A stretch of 64,000 bases of DNA, taken from contig OZ024740.1 of NCBI GenBank assembly GCA_964016885.1, positions 276,706,001 to 276,770,000 of the forward strand, in the 5' to 3' direction. This document shows, in pieces, positions 48,496 to 62,385 of this stretch (position 1 is the stretch's first letter; each line of letters starts with the position of its first letter). The DNA is from Eledone cirrhosa. Taxonomy: Eukaryota. The position numbers were made by a program, and so were the translations under genes. Under the pieces are notes generated by a model. It was not told the DNA's origin. It was given only the letters and a program-made list of their open reading frames with translations, and did no database searches.

Positions 48496-49191
48496 ATATT
48501 GTTATACTTTGGGAGGGTCATGTTGCCAATAAGAAACACACGCATCAGTTGTTTCACTTCATTTTATTATAATAAATTTATAAATTTATGAATTTATAAA
48601 TTTCCGGTTGGTTGGTTCCACAACCAGATGATTGTTTATATATTGTCAAAGTTCTTTCGTCACACATTCTGTGACCTCTTCAGTGACTGGGGATTTTTTT
48701 CTTTGTTTTTGTGCCTCTCCTTTGTTCTGTCCTACAGCATTTTGTTTTTAAATAGAAAACATGAATGGAACGGCAACATCACAACTTACAATTAAGGACA
48801 AAACGAAAACACACACGCACATAGAACAAACAACCAGCCAGTAACATGTAAATAAACAAATAAATAAACAAATATAAACACATAGAGACACCCGGATGTA
48901 ACACATGCGCAAACTAAGCACACAACACACACAAAAACAAAATAGCGTAGGGCAGAACAAAGGAGAGGCACAAAAACAAAGAAAAGAATCCCCAGTCACT
49001 GAAGAGGTCACAGAATGTGTGACGAAAGAACTTTGACAATATATAAACAATCATCTGGTTGTGGAACCAACCAACCAACCGGAAATGTATAAATTCCTAA
49101 ATTTATAAATTTATTATAATAAACTGAAGTGAAAGCAACTGGTGCGTGTGTTTCTTATTGGCAACATGACCCTCCCAAAGTATAACAATAT
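48496..49191. mobile_element. ~700-bp foldback element with an HHR in each arm
   Basis: 48496-48748 is inverted relative to ~48932-49191; flanked by TA-rich tracts. Confidence 0.85.
48995..49037 (+). ncRNA. Type-I hammerhead ribozyme (inverted copy at ~48645-48688)
   Basis: gtca-CTGAAGA-g-gtcac-agaatgt-gtgac-GAAA-gaac-TT^-tgac. Confidence 0.75.
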
Positions 49192-49469
49192 CGGTTTCAA
49201 CACACGTTTTCAGATAAAGAATCTTGCTAAACAAATTCAGAAACGAAATATATATATATATATATATGATAATAAGGGCGCTGCGGAGTTGCAAATGGGT
49301 TACATATGAAAAAAGTTTGTCCTTCATCAGTGATCTTCCAACCATCATAGGCATTTCCGGAGGTATATGGTCTTTAAAGCGATGAAATGCCTATGATGGT
49401 TGGAAGATCACTGATGAAGGACAAACTTTTTTCATATATATATATATATATATATTATACATATATATA

Positions 49470-49792
49470 TATAATAGAAAAAAACAAGGAAGTTTCGTTT
49501 AAATATGACAAATATTTATTGCGTATCGACCTGTTACGTGCGTTTCGCAGTGGATTGGCTCAAGGTGACCCAAGGTGTTATGGACCTTCCAGACTGGTGA
49601 TGTGACAAAAGATATATGAAAAGATATATCTTTTGTCACATCACCAGTCTGATGAGCAGATCGATACTGGAGTCGGCTCCATAACTGCTATGGGTCGCCT
49701 TGAGCCAATCCTCTGCGAAACGCACGTAACATCTCGATACGCAATAAATATTGTCATATGTAAACGAAACTTCCTGATTTTTCTATTATATA
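49470..49792. mobile_element. Foldback element with an HHR that has a long stem II
   Basis: Inverted arms around ~49618. CTGATGA at 49649, gcaga / tctgc stem II, GAAAcgcacgTA^ at 49717-49728. Confidence 0.75.
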
Positions 49793-49897
49793 TACTTTGC
49801 CTGTGCATAGAGTGCTTGATTCGGTACTAACACCACTATTTCAGCGTACTACATGTACACACACACACTATATGTATATATGTGTGTGTGGTGTGCA

Positions 49898-49983
<86 letters not shown>

Positions 49984-49997
49984 TGTCTGTGTGTGTG

Positions 49998-50042
<45 letters not shown>

Positions 50043-50302
50043 ATATAACAAGGAAAATAGATCACCATGGTTCCACAGTTAATACATTATATATTTGATC
50101 TCCACATATTTCTTTCTCTCTAGATATTATTTACAATACCCTTATAGAGAGATATCAAGATCAATTATCTATACTACATATAAAAAAATGCTTAATTACA
50201 TATTAAAAAAATGCTTAATTACATGGTTACAGCCGTAAACTGTAAATATATCGGTCGGTAATTAAACACTTTTTAATATGTTGTATTTATAAGTATTATA
50301 TA

Positions 50303-50744
50303 CTAGCTGTGGTACCCGGCGTTGCACGGGATAAGGTATTTTGGAATGCGGGCCGTCAACAGACCTAATCGTGGAAAAACTGCATGCCTGGACAATATGT
50401 AAAGAAAATAAACCGAATACTCTGATGGCTGGATAATCTTTAAGATTTTCCTCGATGAAGCAGGAAAAAGGCAGGTTTTCAACTTAGGGGATAAAAAAAA
50501 TGAATTTTGTTTATGTGCATAATATGCCTTGAAATTTCGGGAAAATCGGCTAGACGCCTCAAAACAGCCCTAAAAAGCTAAAAAAAAAACATGTTTTACC
50601 TAATGCGCGCTCTAGGGGATCAACACTCCCTGAAACATAAGTAATACACATGTAAAGTTTGAAAAAAATTCGGTTGGGTACTTCTCGAGTTTTAGGGATT
50701 CAAACTCACAGACACACACACACACACACACACACACATCGTCA

Positions 50745-50760
<16 letters not shown>
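50303..50760 (-). mobile_element. Non-autonomous Helitron-like element
   Basis: Minus-strand 3' end cccgtgcaacgccgggtaccacagCTAG|T; 5' end tatataaaactgac followed by (GT)n. Confidence 0.7.
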
Positions 50761-50797
<37 letters not shown>

Positions 50798-51355
50798 GTG
50801 GCTGTGTGTGTTTGTATATAAATATAGGCTGTGTGTGTTTGTATATAAATATAAACGTTTTGTGTTAACTAAAGCAATTCTAACAGAAAGTACTCTATAA
50901 CAAACACTATATAGTAGTTTGTATTATATTTATTGTTATTGAATATATTGCTTACTGACTCGAATTTAGTCGCGTGACTGGTCATAATATAGCAAGAATG
51001 AAATAGATATTGAATATATATATATATATATAGGAAAATGTTTGACCCCGACGGCAGAGCTCAAGCCGTTTCGACGGCTATTTCTGGACTAAATTAGAAT
51101 ATTTAGCGTGGTAAATAAATACCCGAACTTTTCAAGGAGTAATTCCTTATATGGGAAGATTCTAGTTGTCAAGAGGATTGGTCAAAATTTCTTGTAAACA
51201 CAATTAAGTCTTTCATTTAGTCCAGAAATAGCCGTCGAAACGGCTTGAGCTCTGCTGTCGGGATCAAACATTTTCCTATTACCCACTCTACTACCCTAAG
51301 TATTGAGTACTCTGGTACGTTATGGTCCATCTGGTTCCTTACCACACCTCCTTCG

Positions 51356-51420
<65 letters not shown>

Positions 51421-51794
51421 TGCGTATATAGGGATTTATAAGGAAATTACGAACGAAGTAGGGCAGAGGGATAATATTCAAGAATTACTTTGAATCAAAT
51501 CGGTTGGCTACACTTAGAGTAATTACAATAGTGGTTGATATTTCGGTACAACCCGAACACTTACACTTTTGTATAACCAGATTAGAAGTGTAGAGACCTC
51601 ACTCTCGGGCTTTAATCTAGAATTTAAAAATATAACAAATACCAACTATGTCACATTTTCTATGTCTTCTACTAACTAAATTGCCGAATTGGCTTAGTCA
51701 TTAGAACATCGGATAGCGTGCTTTGTAAAATTCGGTCTTGCTCTCTGAGTTCAAATCCCACTGATATCAACTTTTGCCTTTCATTATTTCAAGG

Positions 51795-52170
51795 TGGATT
51801 GGCAGTATGGTAGAGGGTCGGACACCATGCTTTGACGCATAGAGTTACGGCCCTTGCCATTCTGAGTTCAAATTCCGCCGAGGTTAACTTTGCCTTTCAT
51901 CCTTATGGGGTCGATAAAATAAAGTACCAGTAATACACTGGGTAATTGCTGGCCTTGTGCCAAAAGTAGAAACAATTATTTCAAGGTTGATTGGCAGTAT
52001 TGGTAGAGGGTCGGACGCCATGCTTTGACGTATAGAGTTACGGCCCTTGCCATTCTGAGTTCAAATCCCGCCAAGGTTAACTTTGCCTTTCATCCTTACG
52101 GGGTCGATAAAATAAAGTACCAGTAATGCACTGGGTAATTGCTGGCCTTGTGCCTAACGTAGAAACAATT
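51795..52170 (+). mobile_element. Tandem SINE dimer inserted in an older SINE
   Basis: attatttcaaggt occurs three times, at ~51784, 51975 and 52168. Confidence 0.85.
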
Positions 52171-53826
52171 ATTTCAAGGTTGATGAAAAAAAAAATACCA
52201 GTTTTCACTTTCTATCCTTCTCTAGAAGAAAACTTCTGTACTCAGGCCTGGAAAGAATTGGGCTCCGCCAGGCTTAAAATGTTCAAGAAACGCCATATCC
52301 CTATACGGCACCCTACGACTCAATCAGGAATTACGGGACCATATCACGATACCATACAACACTAATTACAAATCTTGCAACACATTGAGCTTTAAAAGTG
52401 AACCTACAACATTGAGCTTTTAAATTCTATTTCAAAAACAGGAAAAATACTAACTATGATATCAAATGGAAGATACTCACCTCTGCTGAGTACTAAGAAG
52501 CTTGCTAAAACTGTAAACAGTGAGCGTTTAAATTCTATTTGCTGAAACACTGAGAACTCGTTTACCCTTATACAAATAGAACCCATAAAATACATCAGTA
52601 CTTCAAAGTAGTATTATGTTCAATATGGAAGTCTACATAACCCCATTAACCAAACGAATACCCACTCCTAGTCATGCATTGATAAAATTGCTTTTCCACT
52701 CCTGTATATTTAACTAATGCAGTACCATGCCAACTAATTGTAAACATGAATATTTTTTGTTATAAATCATAATATTAAATTAGATAACTTATTATACAAA
52801 ATTTCTGTATTGATATACATGTTCCTCAAATTGTACCTGATTGAACTTTATAACATTTCATCTGCTATTGTATATCTTTTAATCTTAATACTAATTTTAG
52901 GTATAATTTAACTCTTATATTACACCAACTAGTCTGGCAGTATCGGTAGAGCGTTGGACAACATGCTTCGTGGCATAGAGTTAAGGCCATTTACGTTCTG
53001 AATTCAAATCCCGCCAATGTTAGCTTTGCCTTTCATCCTTACGGGGTCGATAAATAAAGCACCAGTAATGCACTGGAGTCGAGTTAATCGACTTTTCCCC
53101 TCTCCTTTAAATGTCTGGCCTTGTGCATATAGTAGAAACAATTCTTATATGAATCTAAAAATGTATTACTTTCTCTGTTCCCTCAGTGGCAAAGTGTATA
53201 CTTAGCCTAACACCCATACCTCATGCACTAAAACACATAATTCTGCTCGCCTCTTAAATATAAATTCCATTCTCTTTACGAACATGTAGTCCGATTAACG
53301 AAATATATTTTCATATCTGACTACTGTCTATATTCTTTTATTATTCCCATCCGCTATCCTAAATTTTCCCCTCAACTTGTTCACCTTGTACTACAAAACG
53401 GAACACATGTATACCAATCCATTTATTACCTCACTAAGCATTCCTAAGGCTACTGATCTCTATCTTATAAGCTGAAATATCACTAATATCTATCTCGTAT
53501 CTTAAAATATATTCCCAAACCATATTCATTTACCAACATAATTCCACTTCAGCAATTACAAATTTGATCACCCATCTATCATCCTCAATATTCATTTATC
53601 TTTTCTTTCTCATTTCACTTAGTTTCTGATTGTAACACAGCATCTCATCAAAAGTACAACCCACTGACAATTAATCTTCAATTATCCCCAAGGATTCACA
53701 ATTATTTTACTTATACTTCACATTAAACATTCATATTTTAAATTAGACAACCTACATAACATATCGTCTACTATCAAATCTGTTTTGCTTTCCATTCATT
53801 TGATATATATTTCTACAAAACGCCTT

Positions 53827-54021
53827 CAGACCTGCCAACCTCTAAAGACCCAAACGGGGTGTACTATGAAAAAAAGTGCCCCAAAACGGGGAGAAATGAG
53901 GCAAAATGGGGAGATATTACAGAATGAAAGCTATACCTATTTTCACAAGAGAAGACATCTCTCATCCACCCCAAAGTGAATGGGATATCTCCCCGTCGGA
54001 GGGGGAGAGTTGACAGGTCTG
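53827..54021. mobile_element. MITE with 13-bp TIRs (hAT-like); partial inverted copy at ~10505-10597
   Basis: cagacctgccaac / gttgacaggtctg. No clear TSD. Confidence 0.65.
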
Positions 54022-54574
54022 CAAATTTTCGATATAACTTTTATCAATTAATGCAGTCGAGGGCGGTAGATTGGCAGTATCGGTAGAGGTTCTGATGCCA
54101 TGCTTTGTAGCTTAGAGTTACGGACCTTTACGGGTGTCATAAGAACAAGAACTGCACTCCATTTCGTTAGAGAAACACATATTGCTTGCACTTCCTTAAA
54201 TACTTTTGTATTAATTACACGATATTTCATTTCATCTTGACGTTTGTACTACATATTTTCTCCATTCAATCTATCTGCCTCATGCTCTGATAAAGAAACA
54301 TTTATCATTGTATATGGAGTGAGTCCCGTTACATCTGGAATGTCGTTGACATATTAATCAAGAGAAACATTTTCTTTATTTTGTTGATTATTTTCTCTGA
54401 ACTGATTTCAGTAATTACGGTTACAGACATTCACACCATATATCTCTTTCACTTCACTTTTCTGATCGTTACCAACATAAATAAACATTAATAAATGAAC
54501 ATAAGCATTCTCCTGTTTACGTCGAAGTCCTCAGAGTACGGCGTTTGAAGGTATCAGTTGTATGCAGCCATACA

Positions 54575-54675
<101 letters not shown>

Positions 54676-55084
54676 ACACACACATTACCTCTCTCTCTCT
54701 CTCTCACACACACATTCACTCTCCCTCCCTCTCTCTCTCTCACACACACAAACACACACAGACAAACACACTCACTCACATACAGAGATCAACAAAGATC
54801 AACCAACAAACATACACACACAGAGAAGGCTTTTTCTATTTCAATAATGTGAACGGTCGCGATATGAAACTTGAATCATCAAGCAATACACTCAGGGCAA
54901 CAGGCTTTATACTGGTGCATCGTATCGAAAAGGACATAGTAGTTGCTTGTTAGCCCCCCACCCCCACCCCCGGTGTTTGCATAGCTACGGCTTCCTAAAA
55001 CCGTATTTCTTAAGAAATACAACATTTCTGTACATGTATAAAGCTATGCTTGAAGTGAAATCTTATTTCTTATATATGTATAAA

Positions 55085-55365
55085 TGGCGTAGACATACAA
55101 TACAACAGGAGGAAAATATAACACCACTGACGATGTTGCAGATGTGCAACGAAAGATTTATGATAAACTATATATATGTGTTTGTGTCTATATTGTATCT
55201 GTATTATTTTTGACCGTCGGTCAGTCAATGGCAATATTGAGGACCGAGTAAGTTAGATTACCGATATAAAAGACACAGAAGCGAGAGGCGAAAACCAACC
55301 AAACAGTGAGTGTGTTCTGTTATTAATTCTGGCAATATTACACAAATATGACCCTCCCCAAGTAT

Positions 55366-55372
<7 letters not shown>
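55085..55372 (+). mobile_element. HHR-bearing element related to 48496-49191
   Basis: ca-CTGACGA-t-gttgca-gatg-tgcaac-GAAAgattTA^tg at ~55125-55162. The tail atgaccctccccaagtataacaata matches ~49165-49190. Confidence 0.65.
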
Positions 55373-55409
<37 letters not shown>

Positions 55410-55411
55410 GA

Positions 55412-55442
<31 letters not shown>

Positions 55443-55443
55443 G

Positions 55444-55510
<67 letters not shown>

Positions 55511-55768
55511 AAATCTTATTGAAACTTATTGAACTACATCTTCAAAGCCACATTGAGTTCTAACAACGATATGAGTCCCACCATAAACAGGAGGAAACCG
55601 TTAATGGATCTAAATAATTATCGTCATATATATATGAAACAATTATTAATGTCTTCGCATTTATTGGAAGAGCTTGTGAATGAAGTACATGAAATGTAAT
55701 GTAAATAGATATTTACAAAGAACATTTGACGATATAACAGTTGAGATAAAAAGAAATATCTCACGATA

Positions 55769-56123
55769 CAGTGGAACCTCTGTTCAAGAACGCCTCTTAT
55801 CAAGAATAAATCAGTTCATGGACAACTTTTTCAAACATAAAGCGTCTCGGGTGACGAACAGTGTCTCGAGTTACGAACACGCAAGCCCGCAACAACAGTT
55901 GACGACACGCTCTGAGTATCGGCGGGAACGTGTCACTTGCGGTGTAGTTAGTTACTATGGTGATATCTATCTGTCTTTCACACATAGTCTCTCTCTCCCC
56001 CTCTTTCTCTCTTTCATTGTATTTCTCTCTCAACATTTATGAAAAAATAGTTTGGTTTTAGAATATTTCGGATGACGAGCGGCCTTCATTAACAAACTAA
56101 GTTCGTAAACCGAGGTTCCACAG
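55769..56123. mobile_element. Tigger/pogo-like MITE
   Basis: TA|cagtggaacctc ... gaggttccacag|TA. Confidence 0.7.
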
Positions 56124-56715
56124 TATTTTAACATCGTTATATTTCTCATGCTTATATTAGTTCTCGATTTATTTACTTACTTGTTTTCTAACATCTTTAA
56201 CTTTATTAATAGGTCGTTAAAATTACACAAGAATCATGCTGTTAATGATAATATTTGATACAGAAGTGCATTTAAATAAATCCCCTCAAAAGTGCACCCT
56301 TAATAACTAGCTTTATATAACAAGAGCCAGAAAACCATATGGGAATATTCAAAGGCATATCTATCATATATTTTTTAAAAATAAGCAAAATAACACTTAA
56401 GATATTATAACATCTCAATGTTTGGATAATATTTCTTAATTTAAGGCGTATAGAATATGGAAACTATAAATAATAATAATAATAATAATAATGATTTCTT
56501 TATTAACCACAAGGGTTTACATAAAGTAGACATTAAGGACAGTGCAGGACAATACAGGACGGTACAAATGGGCATTTCTGCGTGTAAAAAACAAAAACAG
56601 AGGATGTAACCCAAAAATAACAATGAAAAATCCCCCAATAGGGGGGGGGGGGGGGGACTTAGGAGGGACATTTGTGGAGAAAGCCCATTAAAAGGCCACA
56701 GTAACCCTGACCACC

Positions 56716-56746
<31 letters not shown>

Positions 56747-56748
<2 letters not shown>

Positions 56749-56924
56749 TGTTTCTACTTTAGGCACAAGGCCAGCAATTACCCAGTGCATTACTGGTACT
56801 TTATTTTATCGACCCCGTAAGGATGAAAGGCAAAGTCAACCTCGGCGGGATTTGAACTCAGATCGTAAAGGGACGTAACTATGCTGGAAAGCATGGTGTC
56901 GGACCCTCTACCGATACTGCCAAT

Positions 56925-56957
<33 letters not shown>

Positions 56958-57338
56958 TGTTTCTACTTTTGGCACAAGGCCAGCAATTACCCAGTACATT
57001 ACTGGTACTTTATTTTATCGACCCCGTATGGATGAAAGGCAAAGTTAACCTCAGCGCGATTTGAACTCAGAATGGTAAGGGCCGTAACTCTATGCGTCAA
57101 AGCATGGCGTCCGACCTTCTACTGATACTACCAATCTACCGTTATAAATAATTGTTTCTACTTTAGGTACAAGGCCAGCAGTAACCCAGTACATTACTGG
57201 TACTTTATTTTATCGACCCCGTAAGGATGAAAGGCAAAGTCAACCTTGGCGGGATTTGAACTCAGATCGTAAAGAGACGTAACTATGCTGGAAAGCATGG
57301 CGTCCGACCCTCTACCGATACTGCCAATCCACCGCCCT
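56747..57338 (-). mobile_element. Three tandem SINE copies separated by (AAT)n
   Basis: SINE consensus in reverse complement, three times. Confidence 0.87.
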
Positions 57339-57359
57339 TATAATAATAATAATAATAAC

Positions 57360-57397
<38 letters not shown>

Positions 57398-57400
<3 letters not shown>

Positions 57401-58432
57401 GATAGACTCTACTTAAAGAGATCTGAAGGTGGAAGAGGTCTTATCAGCATAGAGGACTGTGTTAAGATGGAGGAAAACAACCTGTACAAATACGTGACCA
57501 ACAGTAGGGAGCCAATGCCCAGAACTGTACTGAAAGAGAGAACAATAGACCAGGGGATGTCCAAGGAGAAAATAACAACAAGGAGGAAGACCAACCTTCA
57601 TGAAAATTCCCTTCATAGTACCTTCTTTGAGAAAACTTAATTTAGATTCCACAGACATGGAACTGGTTAAAAAGAGGAGACCTTAAAAAGGCTACAGAAG
57701 GAATGCTAATGGCTGCGCAAGAGCAGGCCCTCACAACGAAGTGGGTGAAACACCATATTTACAAGGTGGACGCTAACCCACTGTGTAGGATCTGTGGAGA
57801 GAAAGAGGAGACTGTGGCTCACATTGTATCCGAGTGTAAACACCTAGCCCAGACTCACTATAAAGGCTGGAGACATGATGTGATGGGCAGGGTGAACCAC
57901 TGGCACCTATGCAAAGTAAACAATTTACCACATTCTGAGAAGTGGTATGAGCATAAGCCAGAGTCGGTGATAGAAAACAATTAGGTGAAAGTGCTATGGG
58001 ATTTTAGGATACAGACGGATAAGAAACTGGAACATAATAGGCCTCACCTGGTGGTTTTGGTCAAGGAATAAAGATCGTGCCTGATTGTAGATGTAGCCTG
58101 CCCATTTGACACGAGAGTGCAAGAAAAGGAGAGGGAGAAAATTAACCGATACCAAGACTTAAAGTGGGAGGTAAAAAGGATTTGGAACTGCCATGAAGTC
58201 AGAGTCGTCCCGATTGTCATAGGCGCACTAGGTACTATCTCAAAGAGTTTCCAAGGATGGTTAAAGAAAGTTAGTCCAGCTCCGCTTTTTGGAACACTTC
58301 AAAAGGCATGCTTGCTGGGAACAGCAAGAACCATCCGATACGTCCTGAATATCTGAGGCTGCAGGTAGCGGCTTGATATTCATTTCAACAAACTTTCCAT
58401 TTAAATAACATCAATGACTGAGACTCAAAGAA
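57398..58432 (+). mobile_element. 5'-truncated RLE-type non-LTR retrotransposon (R4/Dong-like), degenerate
   Basis: EGGRGL; LMAAQEQAL; CCHC finger CRICGEKEETVAHIVSEC; RHD; VLWDF.IQTD..L.HNRP(H/D); IVDVACPFD; EKINRYQDL; PIVIGALG. In-frame stops. Flanked by (AAT)n on both sides. Confidence 0.9.
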
Positions 58433-58433
58433 C

Positions 58434-58477
<44 letters not shown>

Positions 58478-58479
<2 letters not shown>

Positions 58480-58895
58480 GAGGGTATGCCTGCTAATTGA
58501 TATGTCCGTTCCAATAGACAAGAATGTATCTATAAAAACATTTGAAAAGTTGAGCAAATATAAGGACCTGGAGATAGAAATTGGAAAAATGTGGAAATTG
58601 AGAACTAAAACAATACAAGTGGTTGTAGGCGCTCTAGGAATGATACCTAAGGGGTCTAATGATTACTTATCGCAAATCCCAGGAAACCCGCGTATAGGAG
58701 AAATACAAAAGATAGTACTAATGGGAACTGCCCATATACTAAGGAAGATTCTGTCAATATAAGTACATCACACCTAAAGATGCATGTGTGTGTATGTATG
58801 TTCTTTCTTGAACATGGCGGACCTTGTTGTCTCTTGAGGTCACTGGTTGTGACTTGGTGATAACTCGTATGAACATAAAGCAAGATAAATGCAAC

Positions 58896-58897
<2 letters not shown>
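58478..58897 (+). mobile_element. Second, different R4/Dong-like 3' fragment
   Basis: LLIDMSVPIDKNVSIKTFEKLSKYKDLEIEIGKMW...VVVGALG...QKIVLMGTAHILRKILS*. Flanked by (AAT)n. Confidence 0.88.
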
Positions 58898-58956
<59 letters not shown>

Positions 58957-58977
58957 TAATAATAATAATAATAATAA

Positions 58978-59640
58978 TAATGATTTCATTTATTAGCCAC
59001 AAGGGCCAACATGTAGGGGACAATACAAAGACAGGGACAGTGGGGGTTTACAATAAGGTCGAGTAAAAGTGCACAATGCCAAGACTAATTTAACAATGGA
59101 GATATAAAAATATAAAATAAACTATGCATAAATATAACAAAATAAATTCCCCCAATAGGGCGTGGGCGACCCACGGGTGACTCATGTACCCCACCAATCC
59201 GACACACGGGATTGATGTTTAGCCCAAGACTAAGTACAGTCCCATGAAAAAATGTATTCCAGTGATATTTAGGATTAACTTTGGTCATATTAGCTGTCTG
59301 CAATACTATACGTTGTTGCAGCTGGGCGATACCATAGAGCGGGCTCCACATATCCCGTGAAGCCAAAATGACTGTCGTCTGTTTAATTTTGTTTATGGTT
59401 TAGTCAGAGAAGCTAGAGCGGCATCTACGATATTTTTAAGGCCACCAAGATTAGTGGGAGAAAAGGACGATAGGGCTACTCCAAATGCTAGCAACATATT
59501 GGACTCTGCTTTAAAGACTTCCAAGTCTCCTTGGTTGGTGATATACTTCACCGAGTAAAAAGATGAAGTCTTCTCTCCCCCCCTCCCCCCCACCAAAAGC
59601 AGAAACTGCCCACTGATGTGTTTCCACGCAGTATCCATTT
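58978..59640 (-). mobile_element. LINE-like 3' end with an (ATT)n tail; shorter related ends at ~5098-5323 and ~56490-56716
   Basis: Minus-strand terminus cccttgtgg(c/t)taataaa(t)gaaatcat(tat)n is shared by three copies. The clade could not be identified. Confidence 0.5.
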
Positions 59641-62164
59641 ATCAATAACCCGATTATTTAGTTAGCACGAAGCTGTTTTATGACTCTGACGCCTAATTTG
59701 TTAGGCTGTGTGATAAACTACAAGCCAAACAACTACAAAGCGAAACGCCTATTCAATTTCTCCCAAATGACATTTGTCAATCCGAGGCTATAACAGAAGA
59801 ACTTGCCCGAGATGCCACGAAGTGGGAGTGAATCCATGGCTGCTAAGCGGACTTCTTAATCGTACAAGCATCCCTCTTTTTAATATTTTTTTTTCATTAT
59901 TTAATTATCTATTATTTTTTAAACATCACCAGTAATTCATGCATATTCCTCGTTGTCTCGTCAGATAAAATAACAAATCTTTTATACTGAAGACTGGCGA
60001 AGAAGAGGCACTGAAAAAAACATTCTATCTAGTAGAATCCATTCTTACAGATGGTCATCTCTAATCCAATTAAACTAAATAGGGAGGTGGTTCGAGGGTC
60101 CAGAAACCGCGTGTTTCCACCACTATAGCTTCGAAGGAAAGCCTATCGGGAAATAGCCGGTACTTTGTAGGCATGCGTTCCGCAGCCTGTTGAGTGACGA
60201 AAATTAGGCCTGCAGCTGATTAGACCAGGCTACATGCTTTGATCGACTTTGATCAAACATACCTAGGATTAAAGGCATTCCAGAAGTGAGCATCAAGTCG
60301 TTTTTTTTTTCAGACATATTGTAATCCGGACTTCATTATTTAATGAGTTCTTTTAAAGAGGATAGTGTGATTTGATGAAGATTATACTACTATTTCTAAC
60401 AGGACAAGCGGTAACATAGAGGTCCCCGTGTTTATACGTATATTATTTAGTGTTCTGTTTTAAAGACGTGTTTCTCAATATCTTGAGAGTAAACTTACTA
60501 ATTACTAGGATCTGTTTCAATACACTCAGGTATACATTCACACAAACACACACATACATTCACACAAACTCATACACAGATACACAGCATAACAAATGGA
60601 ACGCCAGTCGCTATTTTGCTCAGTTTTTTCACCAACGCCTTTTACACACATATATTCACGCAGGCAGCAGACGTAAAGAAAGAGGAGAAATTTATATATA
60701 GATTGTTGTTGCTTAGCCTCTGGCGGCCCTGATCAAGCAGATATATGACCATAACGTCTTTCTGTATGTCAATGACTACATTATTAAATGTGTCGTTTCT
60801 ACATTTTTACAATAACAGGATGTGATTAGAGGAGACTTGGCTGCTATTTCTAGCGAACATATAGAGGTTCTCTCATTGGTTCGGCTACAAATTGTATTAA
60901 GCTCATCTATAAGTACATTGGGGAAAAAAATACATAATTTAAATCTCTGATAAGTTCAACCTTTCCTATAATCATATTCTCCAACGGATTAATCAATAAG
61001 TAAGACCTCTCCAATATTTCAATCCCTCGTTTTGAGTAATCGATAAGTTCAACTCCTTCGATAGTCGGACACTGATTGACTACTAAGGCAGAGATTTGGA
61101 GTCATTAGAGCATCGGATACTACACTTTGTATTACTTACTCCAGCTCTTTGTGCTCCGATCAGGTCAATTTTACCTTTTATCCCTTGGGGGTCCAATATA
61201 ATGTACCAATTCAGTAATAGGGTCAATTCGTATTCTCTCTTTAATAAAATTTGTTGTAGAGCCTAGTCAGTAGTTCATTGCTTTCTGAGAAAGTATTTAA
61301 CAAAACAACTGGAATTTCATCCATTCCTGGAAACTTCCATTTGCTTGATTTTTCGAGACCATATTTTCTGAAAACGCCATTTTTCCTATTCTTTTGTAAA
61401 ATGTCTTTTTTTTTTAGGATTGTTGTCCTTGAATAACATAGTGCACTTTACATACCATGCCATGTGTTCAGCTTTAGCAGAGACCATTTTATTGATAATT
61501 TTCATAGTGGTGACTTTATTATTATTATTATAGCCATGCTTTGCAGCATGGAGTTACGGCCCTTTGCGGTTCAATTCTGCCGAGGTTGCCTTTCATCCTT
61601 ACGAGGTCGATAAAATAATGCACTGGGATAATTGCTGGCCTTGTGCCAAAAGTAGAAACAATTATTATTATCAACTTCATCTTCATCAGAAATCGATAAT
61701 TTGCTCCTCACTGTCTATCCAACATTTTGATATTTTTGTCTGGTATTCTACTATCCGCCACAATCATCATCAACATCAACAGTATGAAGATCACTATTGT
61801 TACTCTCCATTCCTTTCATTATCACTTCCATCCGCAACATCAAAATAGCTAACACCCTCGAACATCATTACAGCCCTATCCAGCGAGAGATACTGTACAT
61901 GTTCGATAAGCCTGCTAAAATGGTTGTTAAATCCTCCTTAAACAACAGAGTATTCTCTTAAAATCAGAAGAAGGATATATAATACAGCCTTATGTTTTCC
62001 TAAAAAGACGTGTTGGTTACGGCTGGAAAGCCTTTGATCATAAGACTGTGGTGTCAGAGTTAATCTAGGACAAGCTTAACAGCAAGCATAACAGCAATAA
62101 TCAAAACCTTTTCCCACCGTTACATCCATCCTCGCCAGTATTACAGCCAATATATTTATCACAA

Positions 62165-62385
62165 GGGCGGTGGATTGGCAGTATCGGTAGAGGGTCTGAC
62201 GCCATGCTTTGCAGCATAGAATTACGGCCCTTTATGATCTGAGTTCAAATCCCGCCGAGGATAACTCTGCCTTTCATCCTTACGGGGGTTGATAACATAA
62301 AGTACCAGTCATGCACTGGGCTCGATTTAATCGACTTTACCCTCCCCCAAAATTGTTGGCCTTGTGCCTATATGAGAAACCAATA
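62165..62385 (+). mobile_element. SINE copy with TSD ccaatatatttatcacaa
   Basis: Full consensus; the duplicated flank lies at ~62147-62164 and ~62380-62397. Confidence 0.87.
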
